Shown: positions 38,115 through 47,469 of the stretch, piece after piece
Numbering within the stretch: the stretch's first letter is position 1
Layout of the letters: every line of letters starts with the position of its first letter
Origin: Gemmatimonadota bacterium
Lineage (GTDB): Bacteria; Gemmatimonadota; Gemmatimonadetes; Palauibacterales; Palauibacteraceae
Length of the DNA: 64,000 nucleotides
Reading direction: 5' to 3'
Assembly (NCBI GenBank): GCA_039588275.1
Contig: JBDHAC010000011.1
Coordinates: 1-64,000, forward strand
Notes under the pieces: generated by a model
What the model was told of the DNA's origin: nothing
What the model saw: only the letters and a program-made list of their open reading frames with translations
Databases searched by the model: none
Program-made: the position numbers and the translations under genes

Positions 38115-38377
38115 TCACCCGGCGGGGGCCAGCGCCAGTACTCGGAGCGGGCTCCCGCTGCCGTCCACGATCTTGAGCGGCGCGGCGATCACCACCGAAC
38201 CGGTGGGTGGAAGCTGATCCAGATTGCACAGGCTCGCCAGCCCGAACTTGCCCGCCCCGTGCATGATCGAGTGATTCGGGAACGGGGGATCGAAGCCGCC
38301 GGCCTGGCCCGCATCGGTCCCCACCGTCTCGACCCCCACGCCGAGCACGTCGCGCTCGTGTGCCAGGGACAGACGCC
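38115..38377 (-). pseudogene. 3' fragment of a cyclase-family (kynurenine formamidase/isatin hydrolase-like) gene
   Basis: ERDVLGVGVETVGTDAGQ..PPFPNH..H...L.NLDQLPPTG..IAAPLKI..GSGSPLRVLA. No start codon and no N-terminal HxGTHxD motif. Confidence 0.8.
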
Positions 38378-39826
38378 TCAGTCCTCTCCGAAGAAGACTT
38401 CGAGCTGCTGCGTCGGCGACGGTTTCGTCAGGCGCGAGACGATCACGAACAGAGCAAGGCTCGTCACCACTCCCACCTCGACCGCGTCGATCCCGAAGCG
38501 TGGGAAGAGGTGCTCCTGCGCGAACAGCTCCCACAGGAGGCACGACAGAAAGCCGCCCAGCATTCCCGTGACCGCACCCACCGCCGTCCCGCGGCGCCAG
38601 TTGAGGCCGATCACGACGGGGACGAAGAAGAACGAGGCGATGAACTTCGCCTGCTCGAGCACGATCCCCTGCACGTCTCCGAGCTTCTGAAGCGCGAAGA
38701 AGACGGGGATGATAGCGAGCACCACGATCGCGACCCGGTTCACGTTCACGAGGTGCTTCTGGCTCGCGTCGGGGCGGAGGAACTTCCCGTACAGGTCGTG
38801 CGCCACACCGGCGCCGGTCACGAGCAGCACGGAGTTCACCGTCGACATGATCGCCGACAGCATGGCCACGAGCAGGAGCGCGCCGACGACCGGTGGGAGC
38901 ACCTGAAACGCCATGACGGCCGTCGCCTGATCCTGCGAGGGGAGGCTCGGGAAGAGCACCCGCATGAGGAGACCGATCGACATGATGCACACGCTGATCA
39001 CGACCTGGAAGCCGATCGACACGAAGATGGCGCGGCGCACCGTGCGCTCGTCGCGCATCGAGTAGAAGCGGGTGAGCTCGTAGGGCGCCGCCGCGATCGA
39101 AAGCCCGAAGGCCACCGCGAACGCGAGCAGCTCCAGCGGGCTGAAGTACCAGCCGATCAGCCGATCATCGAGTGACTCGAGGAACCGAAACGAGCTGCGG
39201 ATCGCATCGACGTGGTTCAGCCCGCCGACCTGGTCCAACAGCACGGGCACGGCCACCAGCAGCGCACCCACCATGATGAGGGTCTGAAGGAACTCGATGT
39301 AGGAGCTGGAACGAACGCCGCCGAGCAGCGTGTAGATGGCGGTGCTCGCCACGATCAACAGCATCGCGGTGATCGGGCGAATTCCGAACACGACCTCCGC
39401 GATCTCTCCACCCGCCTGAAACTGCGCCACCAGGTAGATGGTGTACGCCACTACGATGAGAACGCCCGCGAGCGCACCCGCCCGGTCGCTCCCGTAGCGG
39501 ACCGAGATGTAGTCGGGGACGGTGAGCGCACCCAACCGTCGGAGCTTCGGAGCGACGAAGAAGGCGGAGACGAGCCACCCGGTCCACAGGCCGAGCCATG
39601 GAACCCACCACGAGATCCCGGTGAGGTAGTGGCGGCCCGCGGTGCCCACGAAGGTGCCTGCGCTGATCTGCGTGGCGGCCAGCACCGCCCCACCGACGAT
39701 CGGTCCGATCGAGCGGCCCGCCGCCAAGAAGTCGACCTCGGTCTCCGTGTGGAAGTAGCTCCATACCGAGATCCCCATGATGACGACGAGGTAGACCCCG
39801 AGGACTACATAGAAGGTGGGCCCCAC
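38378..39826 (-). CDS. Sodium:solute symporter (SSS/PutP family)
   Basis: DFLAAGRSIG, ISAGTFVG, TVPDY...RY, YTLLGG, LSAIMST..S; about 13 TM. Confidence 0.93.
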   Translation of the reverse strand: MGPTFYVVLGVYLVVIMGISVWSYFHTETEVDFLAAGRSIGPIVGGAVLAATQISAGTFVGTAGRHYLTGISWWVPWLGLWTGWLVSAFFVAPKLRRLGALTVPDYISVRYGSDRAGALAGVLIVVAYTIYLVAQFQAGGEIAEVVFGIRPITAMLLIVASTAIYTLLGGVRSSSYIEFLQTLIMVGALLVAVPVLLDQVGGLNHVDAIRSSFRFLESLDDRLIGWYFSPLELLAFAVAFGLSIAAAPYELTRFYSMRDERTVRRAIFVSIGFQVVISVCIMSIGLLMRVLFPSLPSQDQATAVMAFQVLPPVVGALLLVAMLSAIMSTVNSVLLVTGAGVAHDLYGKFLRPDASQKHLVNVNRVAIVVLAIIPVFFALQKLGDVQGIVLEQAKFIASFFFVPVVIGLNWRRGTAVGAVTGMLGGFLSCLLWELFAQEHLFPRFGIDAVEVGVVTSLALFVIVSRLTKPSPTQQLEVFFGED

Positions 39827-39829
39827 CGG

Positions 39830-40012
39830 TCAGGCGCTTCCCTCGGTGCTGTCGTCCTCTTCCGTGTCCGGGTCCGCGTCGGAAAGGAGGCGTGCGATTC
39901 CCTCGTCCAGCTCATCCTCGAGCTTCCAGAAGTGCCGTACGCTGATGAGGATCGTGCCGGCAATCAGGATGGCCGAGAGGGACACGAGGACGATCAGCAA
40001 GCCGGTGCTCAA
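39830..40012 (-). CDS. Small single-TM protein, putative SSS accessory subunit (60 aa)
   Basis: TTG start overlapping the upstream stop (TTGA); TM helix then acidic tail; 3 nt before the SSS start. Confidence 0.6.
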   Translation of the reverse strand: MSTGLLIVLVSLSAILIAGTILISVRHFWKLEDELDEGIARLLSDADPDTEEDDSTEGSA

Positions 40013-40674
40013 GCGACATCTCCGTTGCGGGGGCTGCGTGTCCCTGCGGTCAGGACATCGGAGCGGCGGGCAGTGCGCCACGCCCACACGGCCGCGAGAA
40101 GGATCAAAACGACCACTGCCAGGTCCGCGGCCCTCGCGAAAGACAGGCCGCCCGCCGGGTCCAATCGAACGAAGGTCGGGGTGCTCGAGAGGGTCGCGGT
40201 GAGGGTTCCCTCTGAACTTCGCCGGAATCGCGGGAGGCTCGTCCCCAGGTCCAACCCCTGCGACGAAGCCGGGGTCAGCTCGACGCGCAACGTCACGGGG
40301 GCGGATGCGAGCTGCGCCTCGGGAGATGAAACGAACAGGGGGATGCGGTCCAGCCGTCCGGTCACGCGATACCGCAGGTCGACCGGTACCCGTCCGCTGA
40401 TCCGGAGGTGGTATGCGCCGGGAAGGCGCTCGATTCCTGGAGAGTACAGGGGCTCACCGGCTCTAGCCGCCCCATCGACGCGGAGCTCCTGACCGTCGAG
40501 CCTGATCGCATGCGCGTCGACCACGCCGTCCAGCGCCGGGAGCCGCTGCGTAACCGTGGCTGCGTCCGGGCTGAAGCGAATCACCACCGTGTCTGCCGGA
40601 ACCGCCGCGGCGGGCGGCCCGATCCAGCCGCCGGCGACGACGAGGAGGCCGACCTGGGTCCCTAAAAGCGACAT
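40009..40674 (-). CDS. Hypothetical exported protein with C-terminal membrane anchor
   Basis: Signal-like N-terminus, beta-rich body, LAVVVLILLAAVWAWR anchor; tightly packed in the operon. Confidence 0.65.
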   Translation of the reverse strand: MSLLGTQVGLLVVAGGWIGPPAAAVPADTVVIRFSPDAATVTQRLPALDGVVDAHAIRLDGQELRVDGAARAGEPLYSPGIERLPGAYHLRISGRVPVDLRYRVTGRLDRIPLFVSSPEAQLASAPVTLRVELTPASSQGLDLGTSLPRFRRSSEGTLTATLSSTPTFVRLDPAGGLSFARAADLAVVVLILLAAVWAWRTARRSDVLTAGTRSPRNGDVA

Positions 40675-40682
40675 CCGACTTC

Positions 40683-42512
40683 CTACTCGCGCGCCAGGCG
40701 CACCACCTGCCCCGCCTCGTATAATCGGTTGGCGACCTGATTCACCCGCCGACGCAGACCAGTCTGCAGGAACGGAAGCCGATCGGGGTCGTCGGCCGCG
40801 ACGGCCGCGAGCGCCTTCACCGCGGCCAACCTCGGGATCACGGCGCGCGGCAGGGCCGGGTCATGCTCGAACCGTTCGCCCTCCGCGTACCCGAGCGGCA
40901 CGAGGATCCGAGCGAGCTCCACGAGCATCGTGTTGACGCGATCCGCGGTGAGAGATTCGGGCGTCGTTCGCTCGTCCTCCACATCGCTGGCGGGCGGGCG
41001 GCCGTTCCCGCTGATGGGGATATCTTCGTCGTACAGCCAATCGAGCTCCCTGCGCAGTCCTGCCAACTCGTCGAGCGCAGGAGACAGGTCGAGCCACTCC
41101 GCGGCCGCCACGGCGTACTGTTCCAGAGCCTCGCCCAGCTCCTCGACGGTACCGCGGAAGTCGAACGGAAGGATCACCGCGTTCAGGACCCTCGTAAGCA
41201 CGGTCACGTACACGGCGAGATCCCGTTCGAGGTTGGAGCGCTCGGCCACCTCGAGCACGTCATCCTCCGTGTGCCAGGCGATGTTGCCGCCACAACCGCC
41301 GGTCGGGTAGAAGCCGAGCGCCTCGCGCTCCTCGGTGGGAATGTTCGAGAGGAGCATGAAGAAGGAGGTGAGACCGATCTGGTTGAAGGAGTAGTCACCC
41401 GCCCGCAGCGGCCGCCGGCCGACCGCTTCGCACTCCGTGGCGTCGCGGATCGCACCACGGCACAGGGCTTCGGCTTCGGTCATCCACATCACTTCCTCGT
41501 ACGCGGTCGCGTGCCAGCAGCCAGGCGAGTCGATGTTCACAGCGGCGACGCACCGTTTTCGAAGCTCGAGGGCGAACGCGTCCGCGAACCACGTGGACCC
41601 CCCGTAACGTCCCGTCGAGTGCGCCGGCCACCAGGCCACCTTGAGCGTGCGGTGGAGCCCTTCCCTCCCTTCGTGGAAGATGCGGGCGAGCTCGAGCAGA
41701 GTCGCATCGCCCACCGCATTGTCTCCGATCCCCACGTCCCACGAGTCGTAATGGCCGTGGACGAGCATGAAATCGTCCGATGCGCCCCTGACCGTGGCGA
41801 CCGGAAGCTTGCACGGGTACCAGCCCTCTTCGAGCTGGACGTGCAACGTCAGCTGGACACGTGCACTCGCCCCGGCGTCCGCTGGCTCGGAAAGCAGCGC
41901 TCGCAGCCGCTCCCCGTCGGGGTTGCTGATCGCGACGACCGGCGTCGTCGGCTTCGATGCCAGGTTCTCGACGGTCGGCGTGCCCCAGATCGGTGTGCAG
42001 ATGCCCCAGTGGATGTTCTCGCCCGGGTTGATGTAGATCTGCCCGGTCGCGCCCGCGGCCTCGAAGCGCTGGACCGTCAGCGGCATCGCATATCCTTCGG
42101 TGACGATGATCTTCCCCGCCACGTCGGGGAGCTCGGGCCCCTGGCGGCTCTCGAACAGGTCGCCCGTCCCCCGCATCCGGTCGGCGGGCACGTAGACGGC
42201 CGTCCCCGAGAGTCCCACGGTCGTGGTCGAGGCCGAGAACGAAGGCGGCTTCGCACGAAGGCGGTCACCGTCCATCTCGACCCACGACTCGCGTGGAAGC
42301 GACAGGTAGAGGGTCGGCTCGTGCACCTTGTGCTCGATCCCGAGCGCGGTGAGCTGTGCCGCGATGTAGTCCGCCGCCTCGTGCTCATCCGGCGCGCCTG
42401 ACTCCCGTACGAGGGTCGAGAAACGCTGGATCAACCCCCACCCGTGGTCGAAGTCGACTCGCTGGAGCAGATCCCGCTCGAGAGCAGTCGCGGGAGACGG
42501 TGTCGGCGTCAT
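40683..42512 (-). CDS. M28-family peptidase-like hydrolase with PA domain and atypical active site
   Basis: HGHYDSW, GIGDNAVG, NIDSPG, WHTEDD; WWPAHS where EE is expected; no signal peptide; AGGAG RBS. Confidence 0.85.
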   Translation of the reverse strand: MTPTPSPATALERDLLQRVDFDHGWGLIQRFSTLVRESGAPDEHEAADYIAAQLTALGIEHKVHEPTLYLSLPRESWVEMDGDRLRAKPPSFSASTTTVGLSGTAVYVPADRMRGTGDLFESRQGPELPDVAGKIIVTEGYAMPLTVQRFEAAGATGQIYINPGENIHWGICTPIWGTPTVENLASKPTTPVVAISNPDGERLRALLSEPADAGASARVQLTLHVQLEEGWYPCKLPVATVRGASDDFMLVHGHYDSWDVGIGDNAVGDATLLELARIFHEGREGLHRTLKVAWWPAHSTGRYGGSTWFADAFALELRKRCVAAVNIDSPGCWHATAYEEVMWMTEAEALCRGAIRDATECEAVGRRPLRAGDYSFNQIGLTSFFMLLSNIPTEEREALGFYPTGGCGGNIAWHTEDDVLEVAERSNLERDLAVYVTVLTRVLNAVILPFDFRGTVEELGEALEQYAVAAAEWLDLSPALDELAGLRRELDWLYDEDIPISGNGRPPASDVEDERTTPESLTADRVNTMLVELARILVPLGYAEGERFEHDPALPRAVIPRLAAVKALAAVAADDPDRLPFLQTGLRRRVNQVANRLYEAGQVVRLARE

Positions 42513-42692
42513 TTCGAGACTCCTGGGGTTTCGGCCAGCGCTCGGCCAGGGTGGCCTGACTCCCTGGTCGGGGTCCAGCTATATTGACATCCCCACGCGT
42601 CACTGCAACCGTTCGGCGAACCGGCACCGGTCGCGGCGCGTTGTCCGTCGGGGCCGTATGCCGCGCAAACACCCACACGGAGTCCAATTCGA

Positions 42693-43751
42693 ATGAGCCG
42701 TCGTTCCGGTTTCTGGGGCTCTCCATTCCTGCGCCTCACCGGCTACTACATCGTCGCCGCGGGGCTCCTGTACGGCGTCGCCATGGTGTTCCCGGTCATC
42801 CTCGATTCCTTCTCTGGTGGGCGTCTGAGCGACCTGGCCCAGCGAGGCTTTCTTGGTGGAGGGGACCCGGTCGGCGTGAGCGAGGGGTCGATGCGTGGGC
42901 CGGTGGAATCGATCCTGTTCGCGACGCTGGCCATGATCGGGAGCATGGTCCTGCTCGCGCCCGTGGTATGGGTATACATGATCACCCGCCAGCGGGAGGG
43001 TTACGACGAGTCAGTCGTCCACACGGTCATCATCCTGCCGATCGCGGTCACTGCGCTCGTGATCGTGGTGCAGGACAGCGTGGCGCTCGCCTTCAGCCTG
43101 GCCGGGATCGTCGCCGCGGTCCGCTTCCGGAACACCCTGAAGGACACCAAGGACGCGGTGTACATTTTCCTGGCGATCGGGACCGCTCTCGCGGCCGGGG
43201 TCCAGGCGCTCGGGATCGCTGCGGTGGCGACGGTGCTGTTCAATTACCTCGTGCTGTTCATGTGGAGGTTCCAGATCGGGAACATCTACGCGGATCAGCT
43301 CGGGCGGGCGCCCAAGATGCGGCTGGGTGACGTGCTGGCCGGTGCGGGGCGCACGCCCGGGGCCGGATCCGGCAACCTCACGATCGGCGATCCCAACGCG
43401 CTCGCGGCCCTGACGCCGGACAGCCTCACCGAGATCGTCGAGCGCAGACAGCGCTTGCGGGAGCAGATCGCCGGCGGGGGCAAGGTCGCGAAGAAGTACA
43501 ACGGGCTGCTGGTCGTGCTCTCCCCGGATACCGAGGAATGCATCGAGGCGATCGAGGAGGTGCTGGAAGAGGGCACGAAGCAATTCCAGCTCGCCGAAAG
43601 CACGGCTACGCCGGAAGGAGAGTGGACGCTCGAGTTTCTCATCGGCCTGCCGAAGAACGCCTCCGGGCAGGACCTGATCGGCACCCTTCGCCAGCGAGTC
43701 GGCCAATGCATCGTCGCGGCCGAGTTCCGCAACCTGAAGCTCGAGAAGTAG
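42693..43751 (+). CDS. DUF4956 family membrane protein
   Basis: ALAFSLAGIVAAVRFRNTLKDTKDAVYIFLAIG..LAAG; C-terminal ACT-like soluble domain. Confidence 0.82.
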   Translation: MSRRSGFWGSPFLRLTGYYIVAAGLLYGVAMVFPVILDSFSGGRLSDLAQRGFLGGGDPVGVSEGSMRGPVESILFATLAMIGSMVLLAPVVWVYMITRQREGYDESVVHTVIILPIAVTALVIVVQDSVALAFSLAGIVAAVRFRNTLKDTKDAVYIFLAIGTALAAGVQALGIAAVATVLFNYLVLFMWRFQIGNIYADQLGRAPKMRLGDVLAGAGRTPGAGSGNLTIGDPNALAALTPDSLTEIVERRQRLREQIAGGGKVAKKYNGLLVVLSPDTEECIEAIEEVLEEGTKQFQLAESTATPEGEWTLEFLIGLPKNASGQDLIGTLRQRVGQCIVAAEFRNLKLEK

Positions 43752-44707
43752 TGCCGCGTACGCCCCGGATTCCGCCGCTACTACGCCCCGTCCTGTTCGT
43801 GGCCGCGCTGCTGGCGTGTCGACCCGATCCCGCCATCGAGGCACAGGAGCGCCAAGCCCAGCAGCCTGAGGCGCCAGCGAACGAACTGCAGGAGAGTCCG
43901 ACGGTGCTACCGGACTACGGCCTGTCGGCAGAGCCTGACGTGCAATGGAGGCTCCCCGGGCGACTGCGTGAGATCTCCGGGCTGGCGGTTACGGCGGATG
44001 ACCGGATCTTCGCGCACGATGACGAGCGCGGAGTCATCTACGAGATCGATGCCGCCGAGGGGCGGCTCGTCAAGGCATTCGCTCTGGGCGACATCACCGC
44101 GGCGGACGACTTCGAGGGCATCGCCGTGGTCGGGGACAGGTTCTACCTCGTGTCGAGCAGCGGTCGCCTGTACGAGAGCTTTGAGGGTGAGGACGGCGAG
44201 CGCATGCTGTTCAACACCTACGGCACGGGCGTCGGGCGGCGGTGCGAGGTGGAGGGTCTCGCGTTCGAGCCGGCGGACCGGACGCTGCTGCTCCTGTGCA
44301 AGGCGCCCCGGGACCCGGAGCTAGGGGAATCCGTAGACGTTTACCGCTGGTCCGTAGACGAGCGCGCCATGGCGAGCGATTCGTTGATCAGGATCTCCCG
44401 CGCGGCGCTCACCGAGGGCCTATCGGGGAGCCGATTCTCTCCCTCCGGCATCGAGCGCCACCCGGAGACGGGACACTACTTCATCGTGGCCGCCCGTGAG
44501 GCGGCGATCGCGGTGGTCGACGCCGCCGGGGGAGTCCTCTCGGTGGAGGCGTTCCCCGAAGGCGCCCACCGCCAGGCCGAAGGAATCAGCTTCACCTCGG
44601 ACGGCTCGCTGCTCATCGCTGACGAGGGAGGCGCGGGGCGCGCCCGGCTGAGCCGATACGAGCGACCTCCACCCGAAGGGCCGGGAGACGCGGAGGACGA
44701 CGCCTAG
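43751..44707 (+). CDS. SdiA-regulated (YjiK-like) beta-propeller lipoprotein
   Basis: LREISGL, H.DE.G.IY, DFEGIA, EVEGL, FSPSGI..HP, QAEGI.F...G.L.IADEG; lipobox LLAC; GTG overlaps the upstream TAG. Confidence 0.8.
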   Translation: MPRTPRIPPLLRPVLFVAALLACRPDPAIEAQERQAQQPEAPANELQESPTVLPDYGLSAEPDVQWRLPGRLREISGLAVTADDRIFAHDDERGVIYEIDAAEGRLVKAFALGDITAADDFEGIAVVGDRFYLVSSSGRLYESFEGEDGERMLFNTYGTGVGRRCEVEGLAFEPADRTLLLLCKAPRDPELGESVDVYRWSVDERAMASDSLIRISRAALTEGLSGSRFSPSGIERHPETGHYFIVAAREAAIAVVDAAGGVLSVEAFPEGAHRQAEGISFTSDGSLLIADEGGAGRARLSRYERPPPEGPGDAEDDA

Positions 44708-47391
44708 AAGGCCATCCCGGCCCGGAGGTAGACCCCCGTCAGATCATCGCCGTTCACGATCCCGAGGCTCAGCGTCTGCAGTCGGTTCATGAACGAGAGC
44801 CACAGCCCACCCCCAAAGCCGGTGTGCCAGGTGTCGGCATCCTCGGGGTCCCCGTCGAAGAACACGCGCCCCGCGTCCGCCGCGCCGAACAGACCCAGCT
44901 GGGTCGGGACGAGCATGTTGAAGGTGGCGACCGGGAGCCGGAGCTCGGCGTTCCCGTACAGCGAGGCATCCCCCGCGAATCGGCTGGTCCTGAAGCCACG
45001 CACCGAGCGTCCACCGCCCAGGTACGCGGCTTCGTGGTAGGGGAAGGTCCCGAAGACCTTCTGGCCGCCGACACGCAACGCGAGCGTCGGCTCGACGGAG
45101 ATCGGAGCGGTCAGATAGGCGCTTGCGGACCCGTGGATCTCGCCGAAGGTGGATTCGACATCCAGGATCGAGGGATAGATCGCGCCGGCCGCCTCGAGCA
45201 GCACACCCCGCTTCGCGTAGCCCGTGTTGTCACGCGTGTCGATCGCGAACCATGCCTGCGCGCCGATCTCGCTGAAATTCCCGAAACCGTAGGGGGGCGG
45301 GTCCAGGCTCCCGATGAAGCGATCCGCGTTGTCATCGGCTGGTGCGCTCGAGTGCTTGAGGACCGGTCCAAAGCCGATCTTGAAGGTCGGTCGCAGTGGG
45401 TCGGTCCCCGCAGCAGGGTCGCCTCCCCGGTCCTCACCCATGTGCCACTCCAGGCCGAGGCCCACCTCGAGCTCGCGGTGCTGCACCTTGAAGAACCGGC
45501 TGGCTTCGGTGGCCAGGGTCTCGTTCCCGAACCCGTAGAAGCGGAGCTTGTTGATCCCGGTGTATTCGACGTGGATCAAGCCGTCGACGTGCGACCACAT
45601 GTTGCGGAAGCGGGCGTCGTACCCGAGGAGTATCTCCGGTCCGACGGTGGCGAGCCCCGCGCTGAACAGGTGGTACGTCTTGAATGGCACCTTCCGGAAT
45701 CCGTATCGCTCCACCCCCCGGCGCAACCCGAACCACAGACCGAGGTCCGGGCTGTAACCGAAGATCGGGAATCCGACCACGTTTCCGCCCCAATCCAGCG
45801 CGTACCGATGCGCAAGGTCCTTGGAAGGCGGGCGTTCGAACGGGCGCTCATCGACGCGGGCGCCGCGACCCGCCTCGAACACGTTGTCGCCCCTATCGTC
45901 GTGGAAGTGGACTTTTCCGGCCGGGGCACGCGATTCGTTGACGAAGTGGTCATCGCCGCCGCCTCCGATCACCCGCACCGTGATCCGGGCTCGGTCACCC
46001 GAGATCTCGGCCCGGTCGTCGCCTCCCCGTAGATACAGGCGTATCTGCCGTGTGACGTCGGGGTCGAACGTGCGGCGGAACCAGGGCGGCTCACGCACCC
46101 CCTCACCCTCGCCGAGCAGTCCGATGTGGACCCGCAGCTCACCGGTCGGCAGGTGCTCGATCTCGGCGTACTCGTCCCGATCCGTCGCGTAGATGTCCGC
46201 CCAGCGAGTGATGGTGCGGTGGAATTTCCGCGCGGCTTCGCCCAGTTCGTCGCGGCGCTGCTTGAGCGCGTTCTCGATGCGCGCTCCGACGAGGGCGAAG
46301 TGCTCCGGAGGGAGCCGACGGACGGCTTCTTCGATCACCGGGTCCGTCAGGTCTCGCCGGATCTCGAAGACGACCGAATCCCACACCGGCCATTCCAGCT
46401 CCACGAGGACCTCTCGATCGAGCTCCCACCCGTTGAAGGTGAGCCCACCGATGTGGGGGTAGTCGGCCTCGAACTTCGTCTGCTGCGGGCGCGTCCGCCG
46501 GTACACCCACATGATGAACCCGTCGTAGTCCACGAACGCCTGATCGCGGTCTTCGGGGATCGGTATCCAGATGCGGCAATCGCCGCGCTGTTCCTCACCC
46601 CACCTCCACTGGCCCGCGTGCCGGTCGCGATCTCCGATGACCATGTCCATCAGCCGCGCCTTGAGGTATGCGCGCGCGTCGGGGCGGTCGCACGGACCCT
46701 CTTCGATCGCATCCCGGAAGTTGTCCGTGCCGCTGATGCGGCGAAAACCGCCCCAGCCGGGCGTGTTGTCCGGCCCCTCCTCCGGCCGCTCCACCAGCAT
46801 CCCGATCAGTCCGGCGTACTCCTCGCGATACTCCCCCAGACGCGGGTCGTCCGGGACGACGACGAGCTGGTGCGTGGGGTAGAGGATGCCGGTAGCCTCC
46901 ATGAGGGGATCCACGATCAGGCCCGCCGTCGGGAGGAGCGCGCTGATCTGATCCTGGATGATGTCCTCGACGAAGGTGCCCTTGAGTTCGGGAAGCAAGC
47001 GCTTCGTGGGGTCCTTGTCCATCGAGCGGACGGCGTACTCCAGCCCGTCTCGGCCGACGAACTCGAGCGTGACGGACTGGCCAAACCCGCCGGTGTCTAT
47101 CGGGGTGAGCCCGCCGCCGACCGCATCGAGGTCCAGAACCGGTACCTCGATCTGCCTGATCCACACATCGCGGTAGTCATCGCCATGCAGCCAGCGACCG
47201 AACGCGCCGGCCCGGTAGCGCTCGCCGGGCACGACCGTGTGCGTCGTCGCCCCGGGTGGAGGTGGTGACTTGACGATCTGTGCGGCCAGCGTCGTCCCGG
47301 AACACGCGAAGAGCGCCGATGCGACGAATCCGATACGAGGTGCTCGGATCCGGGCTGTGCCACGGCGTGCCCGGAGGATGCGGAACTCCAT
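44704..47391 (-). CDS. Omp85/BamA-TamA-type outer-membrane protein with N-terminal atypical kinase-like domain
   Basis: Signal peptide; GGFGQS, IGDRDRHAGQW, IPEDRDQAF; GGDD/GGGGDD/RGDN repeats; barrel with VRGF, ELRLP, G.GGG.W and terminal Phe. Confidence 0.82.
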   Translation of the reverse strand: MEFRILRARRGTARIRAPRIGFVASALFACSGTTLAAQIVKSPPPPGATTHTVVPGERYRAGAFGRWLHGDDYRDVWIRQIEVPVLDLDAVGGGLTPIDTGGFGQSVTLEFVGRDGLEYAVRSMDKDPTKRLLPELKGTFVEDIIQDQISALLPTAGLIVDPLMEATGILYPTHQLVVVPDDPRLGEYREEYAGLIGMLVERPEEGPDNTPGWGGFRRISGTDNFRDAIEEGPCDRPDARAYLKARLMDMVIGDRDRHAGQWRWGEEQRGDCRIWIPIPEDRDQAFVDYDGFIMWVYRRTRPQQTKFEADYPHIGGLTFNGWELDREVLVELEWPVWDSVVFEIRRDLTDPVIEEAVRRLPPEHFALVGARIENALKQRRDELGEAARKFHRTITRWADIYATDRDEYAEIEHLPTGELRVHIGLLGEGEGVREPPWFRRTFDPDVTRQIRLYLRGGDDRAEISGDRARITVRVIGGGGDDHFVNESRAPAGKVHFHDDRGDNVFEAGRGARVDERPFERPPSKDLAHRYALDWGGNVVGFPIFGYSPDLGLWFGLRRGVERYGFRKVPFKTYHLFSAGLATVGPEILLGYDARFRNMWSHVDGLIHVEYTGINKLRFYGFGNETLATEASRFFKVQHRELEVGLGLEWHMGEDRGGDPAAGTDPLRPTFKIGFGPVLKHSSAPADDNADRFIGSLDPPPYGFGNFSEIGAQAWFAIDTRDNTGYAKRGVLLEAAGAIYPSILDVESTFGEIHGSASAYLTAPISVEPTLALRVGGQKVFGTFPYHEAAYLGGGRSVRGFRTSRFAGDASLYGNAELRLPVATFNMLVPTQLGLFGAADAGRVFFDGDPEDADTWHTGFGGGLWLSFMNRLQTLSLGIVNGDDLTGVYLRAGMAF

Positions 47392-47469
47392 GCTCTCCTC
47401 GCCCTTTGGATAAACGTGATGACCGCCGGGATCAACCAGCCGGTCGATTGGCGTGCGGCCGGAGCGGTT

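Noticed and set aside
38115..38990. 291-aa ORF as a full cyclase, or an SSS-cyclase fusion
   Set aside because: The first ~200 codons are an out-of-frame overlap with the SSS gene, which has a natural C-terminus; only the last ~85 codons are cyclase-like.
42578..42612. TTGACA (plus) and an overlapping minus-strand TTGCAG...CAATAT as divergent sigma70 promoters
   Set aside because: The partner hexamers match poorly at canonical spacing; not supportable without TSS data.
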